NCBI GenBank assembly: GCA_038736355.1 | Contig: JAVYML010000003.1 | Location: 214,093 to 278,092 of the forward strand | Reading direction: 5' to 3' | DNA: 64,000 nt | From: Candidatus Hadarchaeales archaeon | GTDB lineage: Archaea > Hadarchaeota > Hadarchaeia > Hadarchaeales > WYZ-LMO6 | Shown here: positions 9,470-19,259 of the stretch, in pieces | Layout: each line of letters opens with the position of its first letter | How positions within the stretch are numbered: the first letter of the stretch is position 1 | The notes under the pieces: model-generated | What the model was told of the DNA's origin: nothing | The model's input: only the letters and a program-made list of their open reading frames with translations | Databases searched by the model: none | Translations under genes and position numbers: made by a program

Positions 9470-10498
9470 TCACGGACGCATGGGGAGGACTTCCAATCCC
9501 ATCGTCTCTTTTAGCCCGAACCTGAGGTTCATGTTTTGAACCGCTTGTCCGGAACCCCCTTTGAGGAGGTTATCGATAGCAGAAACTATCACTACCCATT
9601 TTCCGTCCTCCGAGACTTCGAGACCGATATCGCAGTAGTTGGAGCCAACTACGTAGTTTAGCTCGGGAAGCCCTTCTACCACTCTAACGAAAGGCTCTCC
9701 CGAATAGAATCTTTTGTAAACGCTGAGGAGTTCCTCCTTCGACCTTTCTTCCCTCAGGAAAGCGTGGGCCGTGCAGAGGATCCCCCTGACCACTGGGATT
9801 AGGTGTGGAGTGAAATAAAGACCAACTTTCCCATTCGCCAGCCTTTCCAATTCCTGTTTTATCTCAGGGAGGTGCCTGTGCGTGGTGACGGAATAGGCAC
9901 TGGCATTCTCGCCACAAACGGGATGATGCAGACCCTCCCTCAATCCCCTGCCAGCCCCCGAAGTGCCACTCAGAGCGTCCACCACTAGCCGATCCAATTC
10001 CACCAGTCTTTCTTTTACGAGAGGGGCTAGAGCCAGGATGGCGGCGGTGGGATAACAACCGGGGTTGGCAATCAGGGTGGCCTTTTTTATTTCTTCCCTG
10101 TAGAGCTCCGGAAGACCATAGACTCCCTGGATGTGTGGACTTTCGTGTTTGGTGTAATATTTCTCGTACACCCTTACATCTTTAAACCTGTAGTCCGCGC
10201 TGAGATCCACTACCTTTGCTCCTCCCTCCAAAATCTTGGGAACAGCTTTCATCGCCACACCGTTGGGAGTAGCCATGAAGACTACATCGGACTCCGAGCC
10301 TATCTTTCCATAATCTGGTTTTTCCACCCTTCTTTCTCCCACCACTCCAGAAAGCTGAGGATGAAGGGAAGCAAGGCGGGCACCTACATGCTCTTCCCCG
10401 AAAATTCCCACTACCTCTGTCTCCGGATGTCTTAGTAGAATTCTGAGGAGTTCTCCCCCAGTGTAACCTGCCACGCCCACGATGGAAACCTTAATCAT
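9470..10498 (-). CDS. argC: N-acetyl-gamma-glutamyl-phosphate reductase
   Basis: GYTGGEL, DLSADYR, YGLPE, ANPGCYPT, DNLLKGGSGQAVQNMN. Confidence 0.96.
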   Translation of the reverse strand: MIKVSIVGVAGYTGGELLRILLRHPETEVVGIFGEEHVGARLASLHPQLSGVVGERRVEKPDYGKIGSESDVVFMATPNGVAMKAVPKILEGGAKVVDLSADYRFKDVRVYEKYYTKHESPHIQGVYGLPELYREEIKKATLIANPGCYPTAAILALAPLVKERLVELDRLVVDALSGTSGAGRGLREGLHHPVCGENASAYSVTTHRHLPEIKQELERLANGKVGLYFTPHLIPVVRGILCTAHAFLREERSKEELLSVYKRFYSGEPFVRVVEGLPELNYVVGSNYCDIGLEVSEDGKWVVIVSAIDNLLKGGSGQAVQNMNLRFGLKETMGLEVLPMRP

Positions 10499-11664
10499 CC
10501 TCTCATTCCTACTAACCTACCGTCCAAACCGTAGAACTTGGTTAGAGAGGCGGACATCCTTTGATCGAAGCCCCTCAAATGGAAGGAAACTATTTCCCTC
10601 TCATAGAGGGAGTAAGGTGAGGACCTACCCACCACCATGGCCCTTCCTGGTAAGAATTCCATTTTCACTTCTCCGGTAACCCTCTTTTGGGTGGCGTCGA
10701 TGAAAGCCTCCAAATCTTCCCTCAGCGGATCGAACCATCTTCCCACATATACCATCTCGCTCCACTTTCTGTCTATCCTCTCCTTAACCATCAGCTCCTC
10801 CCGTGTAAGGACCAAGGCCTCCAAGGCTTTATGGGCCTCAAGGAGGACCGTGGCGGCTGGAGCTTCGTAAACCTCCCTGACCTTGAGGCCCAAAACCCTA
10901 TCTTCCATTATATCTATGCGTCCTATCCCATATTTTCCGGCCAATTGGTTGAGTTCCCTTATCAACTTCACCCCATCCATGTACTCCCCGTTCATGGAAA
11001 CGGGGATTCCCTCCTCGAACCCCAAGGAAACGATCAGGGGTTCCCTTGGGGCTTTCAGAGGACTTTGGGTGAGCTGAAAGGCCTCCTCGGGAGGGGATTG
11101 GAGGGGATCCTCTAACTCCCTGCCTTCGATCGATCTTCCCCATAGGTTCTCATCCACGCTATAGGGGGTGGAGGAAAAAGTGATGCCATGTTTGGCCAGG
11201 TATTCTATTTCTTCCTCCCTGGTTAGACTGAACTCCCTTATGGGGGCGATGATACGTAAATGCGGAACCTTGGCGGAAAGGGTTAGGTCAAACCTGAACT
11301 GATCGTTGCCCTTTCCCGTGCATCCATGGGCCACGGCTTCTGCCCCTTCTTCCATGGCTATTTTCGCTAGCCAACTGGCGGTGGGATACCTGGCGAGGGA
11401 AATGGAGAGGGGATAACCTTCATAGCATCCGTTAGCCTTCACGCTCCTGAAAATATATTCTTTGACGAACTCCTCCTTCGCATCCACGTAGATATGTTTG
11501 GAAGCCCCGAGCCTTCTCGCCCTCTCCTCCGCTATGCGGAACTGGTCTGGTCTTTGCCCCACATCCACCATAACGGTGATGACCTCCGCTCCGTACTTCT
11601 CCTGTAGGAGCTTCAGACAGGTACAGGTATCGAGTCCTCCGCTGAACCCCAGCACCACTTTCAT
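10495..11664 (-). CDS. argG: Argininosuccinate synthase (copy 1)
   Basis: SGGLDT, HGCTGKGNDQFRF, DENLWGRSIE, EDRVLGLKVREVYEAP. Start trimmed to ATG 11664 (MKVVLGFSGG). Confidence 0.95.
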   Translation of the reverse strand: MKVVLGFSGGLDTCTCLKLLQEKYGAEVITVMVDVGQRPDQFRIAEERARRLGASKHIYVDAKEEFVKEYIFRSVKANGCYEGYPLSISLARYPTASWLAKIAMEEGAEAVAHGCTGKGNDQFRFDLTLSAKVPHLRIIAPIREFSLTREEEIEYLAKHGITFSSTPYSVDENLWGRSIEGRELEDPLQSPPEEAFQLTQSPLKAPREPLIVSLGFEEGIPVSMNGEYMDGVKLIRELNQLAGKYGIGRIDIMEDRVLGLKVREVYEAPAATVLLEAHKALEALVLTREELMVKERIDRKWSEMVYVGRWFDPLREDLEAFIDATQKRVTGEVKMEFLPGRAMVVGRSSPYSLYEREIVSFHLRGFDQRMSASLTKFYGLDGRLVGMRG

Positions 11665-11811
11665 GTAAATGAAATTTTTGGTCGTTCCCTCATATAGGTT
11701 TTGGGGATATCCTGAAAGGTTTTTATGGCTCGGAAAATTACTCTCAACTGTACAAAAAATCGAAAAGGGAGTGTCTAGACGAAAAAGCGTTCCAAAATCA
11801 CGGGCGACAAG

Positions 11812-12111
11812 ATGTATGTGATGGTTAACCTGCAGGGAGATCTCGGCAAGAGAGCTGGAACTGGAAGTGTGAGGGTACCCATCGAAGAAGAAGAAACGCT
11901 GGACTCCCTTTTCATGAAGCTGAGCAGGAGACATCCCCAGGTGGTGGAGAGCATTTTGGATCCCACGACCGGTGAACTAAGCGAGAACTGTCAAGTGCTA
12001 CTAAACAATAGACCCGTGAAACGCACGTTGGGGATCCACACCAAACTCAAACACAAGGACGAAATAACGATTTTACCCCTTGAGAAGGAGCAGGATCCAC
12101 AAGTCGTGTGA
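11812..12111 (+). CDS. MoaD/ThiS/SAMP-like beta-grasp protein lacking a C-terminal Gly-Gly
   Basis: Spacing of TLDSLF..L...HP, GEL, VLLNNRPV, TKLKHKDEITILP matches the MoaD/SAMP1 pattern; ends LEKEQDPQVV. Confidence 0.72.
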   Translation: MYVMVNLQGDLGKRAGTGSVRVPIEEEETLDSLFMKLSRRHPQVVESILDPTTGELSENCQVLLNNRPVKRTLGIHTKLKHKDEITILPLEKEQDPQVV

Positions 12112-12689
12112 GGATCTTGAAAGTGGTGGGTCTGGTAGGATTACAAGGTGCTGGGAAAACTGAGGTGGCGAAAGTGGCCCTTTCCTTGGGCATTCCCTGT
12201 ATTAGGATGGGGGAGGTGGTGCTCACAGAAATCAGAAAAAGGGGGTTGGAGATCAACGAAGAAAATGTGGGAAAGGTAGCCAACGAACTGAGAGAGAAGG
12301 GTGGGAAGGGAATAGTGGCCCGTCTCTGTCTTCCCCTCATCAGGGAAAAACTGGAGGAAAAAGGGATGGTGGTCGTGGATGGTATCAGGGCGATGGAAGA
12401 GGTGGAAGAACTCAGAAAAGCCTTTGGGAAGGATGTGGTAATCGTGGGGATTTGGGCTAGCCCTTCCCTGAGGTATTCGAGAATAGCCTCGAGGAGGAGG
12501 GAAGATGATGCAGAAGATTACGAGGGTTTTATACGGAAGGAAAAAAGGGAGTTGGAATGGGGGGTGGGCAATGCCCTTTCCCTCGCCGACTTTCTCCTCA
12601 TCAACGAGGGAACTTTGGAAGAACTGAGGGAAAAAGCCATGGAATTTTTCAGGAGGTTGATGAGGGATGAGGGTTTGGGTAGAAGCTGA
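12108..12689 (+). CDS. UPF0200 family P-loop kinase (dephospho-CoA kinase-like)
   Basis: GLVGLQGAGKT, MGEVV, VVDGIR, R.REDD; canonical pairing with the downstream UPF0201 gene. Confidence 0.8.
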   Translation: MRILKVVGLVGLQGAGKTEVAKVALSLGIPCIRMGEVVLTEIRKRGLEINEENVGKVANELREKGGKGIVARLCLPLIREKLEEKGMVVVDGIRAMEEVEELRKAFGKDVVIVGIWASPSLRYSRIASRRREDDAEDYEGFIRKEKRELEWGVGNALSLADFLLINEGTLEELREKAMEFFRRLMRDEGLGRS

Positions 12690-13089
12690 AGTAAAGCCGA
12701 GCGAGGATCCACAGAAGGTAGAAAAAGCCGTGAAGAATCTTTTCCCCCTTCTTTTCCTGAAAAGGGAGAGCGGAAAGGTAGAAGGTACCTCAGAGGACCC
12801 GGAAGTTCTCTCCCGCTTGAGGGACCTCCTACGCCTTCAAGCCATCAGGGATGCTGCCAGGAATCAGCTCCTTAGGGGTAAAGGGGAGGGGAAGTTGGAG
12901 TTTTGGCTCAATAAGCAGGCGGCTTTCATGGGGAAGGTCAGCTTCACAGAGGGTGAAGCCCCTTTAGGACCCATCAAGGTAGTAGTGGAAACTAGGGATC
13001 CCGATCTCCTCCTCGATTTTTTGGCCCCCAAGACCAAAGAAGGTAAAGCCCTTAGAGAAGTTTCCCTTGAAGAAATAAAGAGAGTTTAG
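12667..13089 (+). CDS. UPF0201 family putative RNA-binding protein
   Basis: PSEDPQKVEKAVKNLFP, QAIRDAAR, LNKQAA..G, PLGPI. Confidence 0.85.
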   Translation: MRVWVEAEVKPSEDPQKVEKAVKNLFPLLFLKRESGKVEGTSEDPEVLSRLRDLLRLQAIRDAARNQLLRGKGEGKLEFWLNKQAAFMGKVSFTEGEAPLGPIKVVVETRDPDLLLDFLAPKTKEGKALREVSLEEIKRV

Positions 13090-13466
13090 AGAATGCCCAG
13101 CATTGCACCGAACATGAAATATCCCAGCGCGTTATAACCTTCGAGCAAAAAGACCTCCATCAACAACCCTTTCCCTTTTCCGCGCAGGAAATGCCAAGGG
13201 GCTTTACCCCTGCTCATCAATAGGACTTCCAGGGGTCCCGCAAGGAGCATGGCGAGGAGGAAAATGGAAAAAGCCTTGAGGGGCCCCAACCACCTCCCGA
13301 GCAAGAAACCCGCTGGTAAGTAGCCAGCCCATCTTTCGAAGGTGGCCAAGAAGACATGGGAGCGGGGAATGAAGATCCCCTTTCCGGCATAGTATTCCAG
13401 AATCTTTCCCATGGCAATTAAATCCACGAGGGGAAGAAACCAGAAGAGAAGACGACCTTTTGACAA
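13086..13466 (-). CDS. Hypothetical membrane protein
   Basis: 126-aa ORF with several hydrophobic segments, abutting rnz and filling the gap. Confidence 0.6.
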   Translation of the reverse strand: MSKGRLLFWFLPLVDLIAMGKILEYYAGKGIFIPRSHVFLATFERWAGYLPAGFLLGRWLGPLKAFSIFLLAMLLAGPLEVLLMSRGKAPWHFLRGKGKGLLMEVFLLEGYNALGYFMFGAMLGIL

Positions 13467-14387
13467 CTAACCACCGGCTAAGGGAACCTCCAGCACCATG
13501 AGATCTTCGGCTACTACGGTATTGGGGAAAATTTTCCTAGCCTGTTCCAAAAGGGTAGAAACTTCCCGATACCTTGGACTGAGATGGGTGAGGACCAAAA
13601 GTTTTACTCCTGCCTCCTTCGCCACCCAAGCTGCTTCCGATGAGGTGGAATGTCCTCCTTCCTTGGCCCTTTCGAGAAGCTCCTCTCCGAACATGGAATC
13701 ATGGATCAAAACATCTGCTCCTTGGGCTAAGGCAATGATTTCTTCACAGGGTCTTGTGTCCACCGCGTATACCACTTTCCTTCCAGGAAGGGGAGGACCC
13801 AACACTTCCTCTGGCCTTACCTCTCTACCTCCAGGAAGGAAAATCGGTTGACCAGCTTTGAGAAGAGAGAAGGCCGGTCCTGGTGTTACTCCCAATCCGA
13901 CCGCCTTCTCCGGGTCCAGTTTCCCAGGTCTGGGAAATTCCTCTAGGGAAAAGGCCAAACCCACTACCCCATGTTTGGTGGAAGAAGTGAGGATTCTATA
14001 GCCCGTCCTTTCCACTTTTTCTCCTCCCTTCAATCCCCTTACCTTTACTTCGAATTCTAGAGTATAGTGGGGGAGTCGAAGAAGGGTCTCAATTTTTTCT
14101 TCCTCTCCCACTGGAACATAGACTTCCAGCGGACGGGTTCTACCAAAGAGGGACATCGTTTGTACCAATCCTGCCAGACCCAGGAAGTGATCTCCATGGA
14201 GATGGGAGATGAAAACGGCATCTACCTTGAGGGGGCTGAGACCGACCCTTACCATTTGCCCCTGTGTTCCCTCACCACAATCGAAGAGGAGGAGTTCTCC
14301 ACCCCTCTTGATGGCCAAAGAAGGAAGGGATCTAGAGGGGGAGGGAATGCTTCCTCCTGTTCCCAAAAAAGTTAGCGTGAGGTTCAG
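13467..14387 (-). CDS. rnz: Ribonuclease Z
   Basis: FLGTGG, DCGEGTQ, SHLHGDH, GP-rich exosite, DTRP, HST, THLSPRY. Start placed at CTG 14387 (see findings); the track's TTG 14366 would cut the first strand. Confidence 0.93.
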   Translation of the reverse strand: MNLTLTFLGTGGSIPSPSRSLPSLAIKRGGELLLFDCGEGTQGQMVRVGLSPLKVDAVFISHLHGDHFLGLAGLVQTMSLFGRTRPLEVYVPVGEEEKIETLLRLPHYTLEFEVKVRGLKGGEKVERTGYRILTSSTKHGVVGLAFSLEEFPRPGKLDPEKAVGLGVTPGPAFSLLKAGQPIFLPGGREVRPEEVLGPPLPGRKVVYAVDTRPCEEIIALAQGADVLIHDSMFGEELLERAKEGGHSTSSEAAWVAKEAGVKLLVLTHLSPRYREVSTLLEQARKIFPNTVVAEDLMVLEVPLAGG

Positions 14388-14391
14388 CTTC

Positions 14392-15411
14392 TCAACCCCT
14401 GAAAACGTAAATCCTTCTAGTTAAGCTCCGGTGGACCCTCTGCTCGTATCTCTCCCTCTCCTCCAGTCCCACCTCTGCTGCCATTTCCCCCAAGTCGACT
14501 TCTGAGGGGGAAGTCAAACACATGTATTTTCCCCTTTTGAGAGCCCTCACCAGCGAAGGAAGGGCCCTTCTATAGAGTTCCTCTTTTGACCTCTTCCAAG
14601 TACTGGCCTGTCTTCCATAAGGAGGATCGGTGACTATAGCGTCCACCCTTCTACCCTTCCATTGACAGGCATCACCTACTTCCAGTCTGAAGTTTTCTAT
14701 TCCATAGTTTTCTAAGTTGATTCTAGCCCTTTCCACCATCTTGGGATCCAAATCTATTCCCCACACTTTCATTCCCATTAGTCCCGCTTCTATGAGAATT
14801 CCCCCCACGCCACAGAAGGGATCCAGAATAGTTCCTCCTCTGGGTGCTCTAGCGAGGTTTACCATGCATCTTGCTAGGGAAGGGAAAAGGGTACTGGGAT
14901 GAAAGGCCTTGCGGAACTTTGGTCTGCGGCTTCCCATCTCTTTTCTGGCAGTATCGCCCACTTTCATTCCCACTATTCCCATTCCATCCGTGAGGGCTAT
15001 GCAGACTTCCACCTCTGGTTTCTCCAGATCGACCTCAAACTTCACTTCTCCCCTTATCAGGTCTGCTATTCTCTTCGAAAGTTCTTCTCTTTTTATCTCA
15101 GGTGAATATCTCTTTATACGCACCGTTCTAACCGCGAAAGTTTTTCCATGCGGTATCAGGTCCACCACATCGGTACTCCCCACGGCTTCCAAGAGCTCTT
15201 CCACCCTAGAAGTACAAAGATGGGTCCAAACCTCGTGTGACATGCCAAGCCTAGAGGCTAGGAGAGAAGGATTCACTTCGGTTTCCACCACCAGTACTTG
15301 ATCGAACTCCTCCAATACCTTCCCCGTACCCCCTTCGGCTTGGATGGCTGCCAAAACTTCTGCCCTGGGAAGATAAGGATGTTCCCCTGAAAGAAGGAAG
15401 ACCAGCCTCAC
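14392..15411 (-). CDS. tRNA (guanine-10 N2) methyltransferase, THUMP + methyltransferase (Trm11/TrmG10-like)
   Basis: LSGEHP..P.AE start, LARCMVNLA, DPFCGVGG, TDPPYGR, VHRSLTR. Confidence 0.85.
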   Translation of the reverse strand: MRLVFLLSGEHPYLPRAEVLAAIQAEGGTGKVLEEFDQVLVVETEVNPSLLASRLGMSHEVWTHLCTSRVEELLEAVGSTDVVDLIPHGKTFAVRTVRIKRYSPEIKREELSKRIADLIRGEVKFEVDLEKPEVEVCIALTDGMGIVGMKVGDTARKEMGSRRPKFRKAFHPSTLFPSLARCMVNLARAPRGGTILDPFCGVGGILIEAGLMGMKVWGIDLDPKMVERARINLENYGIENFRLEVGDACQWKGRRVDAIVTDPPYGRQASTWKRSKEELYRRALPSLVRALKRGKYMCLTSPSEVDLGEMAAEVGLEERERYEQRVHRSLTRRIYVFRG

Positions 15412-15439
15412 ATTCTATCCATGGATAGCCAATTAAAAT

Positions 15440-16321
15440 TTATAAAAGGACGGACTGCCTGAGCCCCTCCACGATAACTGGGGCCACGGAAACCAAACTA
15501 TGGGAATTCTCTATGGTATTGGTCCCCACCACCCCCTCTACACCAGCTGCCTTCATTTTTTCAAGGGCGTTTCCAGAAAGCACGGGATGCGTACATGCAG
15601 CAAAGATTCTTCTTGCCCCTTCCTTCTTGAGGATTTTGGCTGCTTCCGCTATAGTTCCACCCGTGCTTATGATATCATCGATGATCACGGCATCCCTATC
15701 CTTCACCCTTAGTTCCTTACTCGAAGTTACCACGAGTTCTGGAGTAATCCTTTCCTTTTCCAGAGAATCGAAGGAAGCGCCCAATTCCTTCGCAGCCCTA
15801 CTGGCCTGCTGGGCGGCTTTTTCATCCGGGCCCAAGAAGAGAGGATCTTTAAGCCCCATTCCCTTGAAGTATCTACCCAAAAGAGGGGCTGCCGTGACGT
15901 TTTTCACAGGTATAGAGAAATAAGAAAGGGATTCTCTTTCGTGGATGTCCACTACCACCAACTCCTCCGCCCCCGCCTCTTCTATGAAGGAAGAAATGAG
16001 TTTGAGGCTCAGGGCTTCCCCTTTCTTAAAGATTTTGTCCTGGCGTGCATATGCCAAGTAGGGAACCACGGCTTTGAGGCTCTTAGGTCCTTGTTCAGAG
16101 GCCGCCTCCAAAAGTAAAAAGAGCTCCATGAGATTTTCATTCTGGGGAGGGGGAGTGGATTGAACTATTACCACCTCTTCCCCAGAAAGGTCATCCGGTA
16201 TCCTCACGTAAAGTTCTCCATCTGGAAAGGATTTAACCTCCGGTTGAGAAAACTTACAGTTCAGTTCTTTGGCAATTTCCCAAGATAGCTTGCGGGAAGC
16301 AGAACCCCCTATTACTATCAT
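15440..16321 (-). CDS. prs: Ribose-phosphate pyrophosphokinase
   Basis: FPDGELYVRI, PYLAYARQD, IIDDIISTGGT. Start trimmed to ATG 16321 (MIVIGGSAS). Confidence 0.94.
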   Translation of the reverse strand: MIVIGGSASRKLSWEIAKELNCKFSQPEVKSFPDGELYVRIPDDLSGEEVVIVQSTPPPQNENLMELFLLLEAASEQGPKSLKAVVPYLAYARQDKIFKKGEALSLKLISSFIEEAGAEELVVVDIHERESLSYFSIPVKNVTAAPLLGRYFKGMGLKDPLFLGPDEKAAQQASRAAKELGASFDSLEKERITPELVVTSSKELRVKDRDAVIIDDIISTGGTIAEAAKILKKEGARRIFAACTHPVLSGNALEKMKAAGVEGVVGTNTIENSHSLVSVAPVIVEGLRQSVLL

Positions 16322-16376
16322 TTTTCTCCCGAAGTTTTTTCTTGAGGAGGATTTTATAATGTTTTGGTAGGATGAA

Positions 16377-17462
16377 ATGTGGAGGATTCTAAGACCAGAT
16401 GCTTTCACGGTGCTAGGGAATGAAAGGGCCAAAAAATCCTTTGCTAGGTATTTCAGGGTCCTGAGGGGGGAAGTACCGCCCAGGTTCCAAATCTGTAAAA
16501 GGATACCCGCATCCTTCGAGCCTTCCTGGGAAACGGAGGAACTCTGGAAAATCCACGACCTCTCCTTGAGGGAGTTCAAAAAGACCTTGGAACTGGTAGA
16601 CAAGGGAAAAATGAAACTGGACGAGCTTGAAAAACCTAAATCCTCCCTGCTGGACCTCAAGATAGAACTGGCCCGTCGCCTCCTTTCTTCCTGCCAACTC
16701 TGCGAACACAAGTGCGGTGTTAACAGGTTAAAGGGGGAAAAGGGCTTCTGCAGGGTGGGAAAGACGAAGGTAGCTTCCGAATTCATGCATTATGGGGAGG
16801 AAAGCGTGCTCGTTCCCTCCTATACCGTCTTTTTTTCGGGCTGTTCCTTCAAGTGTTGTTTTTGCCAGAATTGGGACATCTCACAATTCCCTGACGAAGG
16901 AGAAGAATTCTCCCCAGCGGAACTCTCTTTCCTCATCTCCGAAGCCGAAAAACACGGGGCCAGGAATGTGAACTTTGTGGGTGGAAACCCAGACCCGCAC
17001 CTTCTCTTCATCCTCGAGACCCTCAGGGAATATGGTGGACGCCTTAGCTCTGTTTGGAACTCCAACATGTACTACAGCTCCTCGAGTGCGGAGCTCCTCA
17101 AGGGAACCCAAGATATTTATCTAACAGATTTCAAGTGGGGGAACGACAGATGCGCCCGAAAATATTCAGGTATCTCGAGATACTGGGAAACCGTAACGAG
17201 AAATCATCTCACAGCCTTCTCGGATGCAGAGCTCATCATCCGCCATTTGGTAATGCCGGGTCATCTCGAGTGCTGTACCTTCCCTGTGCTCCGGTGGATA
17301 GCCGAAAACCTTGGAGAAAAAGTATGGGTGAACGTGATGGCGCAATATCGTCCATGCTATAGAGCTGCGGAATATCCTGAGATAAACCGTGCCCTTTCTC
17401 CACAAGAATTCAGAAAAGCCTTGGAGGAAGCTGAGAGACTTGGGCTGAGCTTGGAACCTTAG
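16377..17462 (+). CDS. Radical SAM protein, PflX-like
   Basis: CQLCEHKCGVNR, CSFKCCFCQNWDIS (CxxxCxxC), WNSNMY, DFKWGND, RHLVMPGH, QYRP. Confidence 0.85.
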   Translation: MWRILRPDAFTVLGNERAKKSFARYFRVLRGEVPPRFQICKRIPASFEPSWETEELWKIHDLSLREFKKTLELVDKGKMKLDELEKPKSSLLDLKIELARRLLSSCQLCEHKCGVNRLKGEKGFCRVGKTKVASEFMHYGEESVLVPSYTVFFSGCSFKCCFCQNWDISQFPDEGEEFSPAELSFLISEAEKHGARNVNFVGGNPDPHLLFILETLREYGGRLSSVWNSNMYYSSSSAELLKGTQDIYLTDFKWGNDRCARKYSGISRYWETVTRNHLTAFSDAELIIRHLVMPGHLECCTFPVLRWIAENLGEKVWVNVMAQYRPCYRAAEYPEINRALSPQEFRKALEEAERLGLSLEP

Positions 17463-17505
17463 CCTTCGAAACGCTTATTTTTTCCTGAAGGAATTTTTAA
17501 TGAAT

Positions 17506-18732
17506 ATGGCAGAAAGCAAAGAACCACGTAATGTTAGAGAGCTACTCACCGAGATGAAGAACACTTCCGATTGGATGATGGATCTTGCACGTGTCTCTCT
17601 ACTCTTCGAAAACAAAGAGTTGGCAAAAAAGGTTAGGGAACTCGAACTAAAGATGGATCACCTCATGTATGAAATTTGGACTGTGGCTGTCCTAGCCGCA
17701 CGCAGCGAGGAAGATGCAAGAAAAATTGCAGGGGTGCTCCAAATAGCGAGTGCGGCTGAAGCCATTTCAAACTCCACGGGAGACATGGTGGACCTAGTCC
17801 TGAGAGGAATGGAAATACATCCTCTGGTGAAAAATGCCCTTCTCAGATGTGAAGAGAAGCTCACCCAGCTGAGAGTGGGTGAGGGCTCAGCCCTTTTGCA
17901 CAAAAGATTGGAGGAGCTGGAACTTCCCTCCAGAATTGGCGTAAAGATCCTAGCTATAAGAAGGGATAAGGAATGGATAGTTCCTCCCTCTTCGAGTACG
18001 GAGCTGAGGGAAGGGGATCTGCTCGTGGTGAGGGGACCGGAGGAAGGGATTTCGGTCTTGCATAAATTAACAGGTTCAAATGTGGAGGAAGGGAGGGAGA
18101 AAAAACCCTCCAAGCTAGAGCTGGAGTTGGCCCAAATGTACGATTTGAGCAGCATGATGGTCGATCTCGCTTACTCCTCCGTTCTCTTGGCCTCAAAGGA
18201 GCTGGGAAAAGAGGTGAGGAGATTGGAGGAGAAGTTCGACAAGCTGAATTATCAACTCTGGCTGGAAACTCTAAAAGCGAGCAGGGAGGAAGAAGATCCA
18301 AGAAAGCTGAACAGCCTTTTGCAAGTCGTGAAATGTCTAGAAAAGATTTCGGATGCTGCAGACACCATTGCAGATGTAATATTGAGGGGTGAGGAGCTAC
18401 ATCCTGTCTTTGCAGAGGCTCTTTCAAAGGCGGATGAACAAGTAGCAAGGATCAAAGTAGAAGCGGGCTCGACATTAGAAGGTAAAACTCTCGAGCAGCT
18501 CAATCTTGAAACAAGTGTTGGAGTGGATGTGATGGTAATAGAGCGCAGGGGAAAATTCTTCTTCGAGCCAAACCGAGGGAAAAAGATCATGGGGGGAGAT
18601 CGGTTGGTGGTGAGGGGAACCTATCGGGCTCTCCGCAAGTTGGCACAAATGTGTAAGTCCAAAAAAGTCACTTCTCAAGAGCCAGAAGGGCTATCCTCTC
18701 CAGTACCAGCTTCTGAACCCCAAGCTTCCTGA
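17506..18732 (+). CDS. Tandemly duplicated PhoU-like + TrkA_C (RCK_C) domain protein
   Basis: Two homologous halves (EMKNTSDWMMDLA / QMYDLSSMMVDLA; EAISNSTGD / EKISDAAD), each followed by an RCK_C-like segment (AIRR...GDLLVVRG / VIER...GDRLVVRG). Confidence 0.8.
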   Translation: MAESKEPRNVRELLTEMKNTSDWMMDLARVSLLFENKELAKKVRELELKMDHLMYEIWTVAVLAARSEEDARKIAGVLQIASAAEAISNSTGDMVDLVLRGMEIHPLVKNALLRCEEKLTQLRVGEGSALLHKRLEELELPSRIGVKILAIRRDKEWIVPPSSSTELREGDLLVVRGPEEGISVLHKLTGSNVEEGREKKPSKLELELAQMYDLSSMMVDLAYSSVLLASKELGKEVRRLEEKFDKLNYQLWLETLKASREEEDPRKLNSLLQVVKCLEKISDAADTIADVILRGEELHPVFAEALSKADEQVARIKVEAGSTLEGKTLEQLNLETSVGVDVMVIERRGKFFFEPNRGKKIMGGDRLVVRGTYRALRKLAQMCKSKKVTSQEPEGLSSPVPASEPQAS

Positions 18733-19234
18733 CCATCTTTTTGGGAAGATAGAACTTTTCTAGGAGTAGCCTTGCCTTGGAAGGTGAAAGATTCAGCACT
18801 TCATCCTCCCTTTCTATTTCCGTTTCCCTTAGAATTTCCTCCAACGCTCTTTCCACCGTTTTCTTTTCCTCCCCCACTGAAACGAGCCCTATAGCCACTG
18901 AGTCTTCTTTCAAACCCATCTTTTCCAATGCCCTAGAAATCTGCCTCTCCGCTGCCGCCCAACAAATCAACTCCAAAGCCAGGGAATCTGCAAACCCCAT
19001 TCCTCTGGAATGGGCGAGAAGGGCCAGCCTGCTGGCATGCGCGAGGTGAGCCTTTCCAGCCACCAACCTCGCGTCGAAGGCTTGGGTGGTTGTCCCCATT
19101 TTCTGATCCACCCTTCTTATCCTTTCCAGTATCTCCCCCACTCCCAGCTTACCTTTCCTCTTTCCTCCTGTAAGCCCTACCCACTTCTGGAGCTCCGGAA
19201 GTTCGAAAAGGACAGGGGCCATCACAAACATCAA
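18668..19234 (-). CDS. cgi121: KEOPS complex subunit Cgi121
   Basis: QAFDARLVAGKAHL, LELICWAAAERQISRALEKMGL, C-terminal VLERIALL. Confidence 0.85.
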   Translation of the reverse strand: MMFVMAPVLFELPELQKWVGLTGGKRKGKLGVGEILERIRRVDQKMGTTTQAFDARLVAGKAHLAHASRLALLAHSRGMGFADSLALELICWAAAERQISRALEKMGLKEDSVAIGLVSVGEEKKTVERALEEILRETEIEREDEVLNLSPSKARLLLEKFYLPKKMVRKLGVQKLVLERIALLALEK

Positions 19235-19259
19235 ATATAGCCTCGCAGATGGTTTAAGA

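Noticed and set aside
11665..11934. Long N-terminal extensions given by the track for argG1 (also prs, purN, rrp42, HDAC, DUF2148, crotonase, HD)
   Set aside because: They overlap neighbouring genes or promoters and precede the family-typical first motif, so starts were trimmed.
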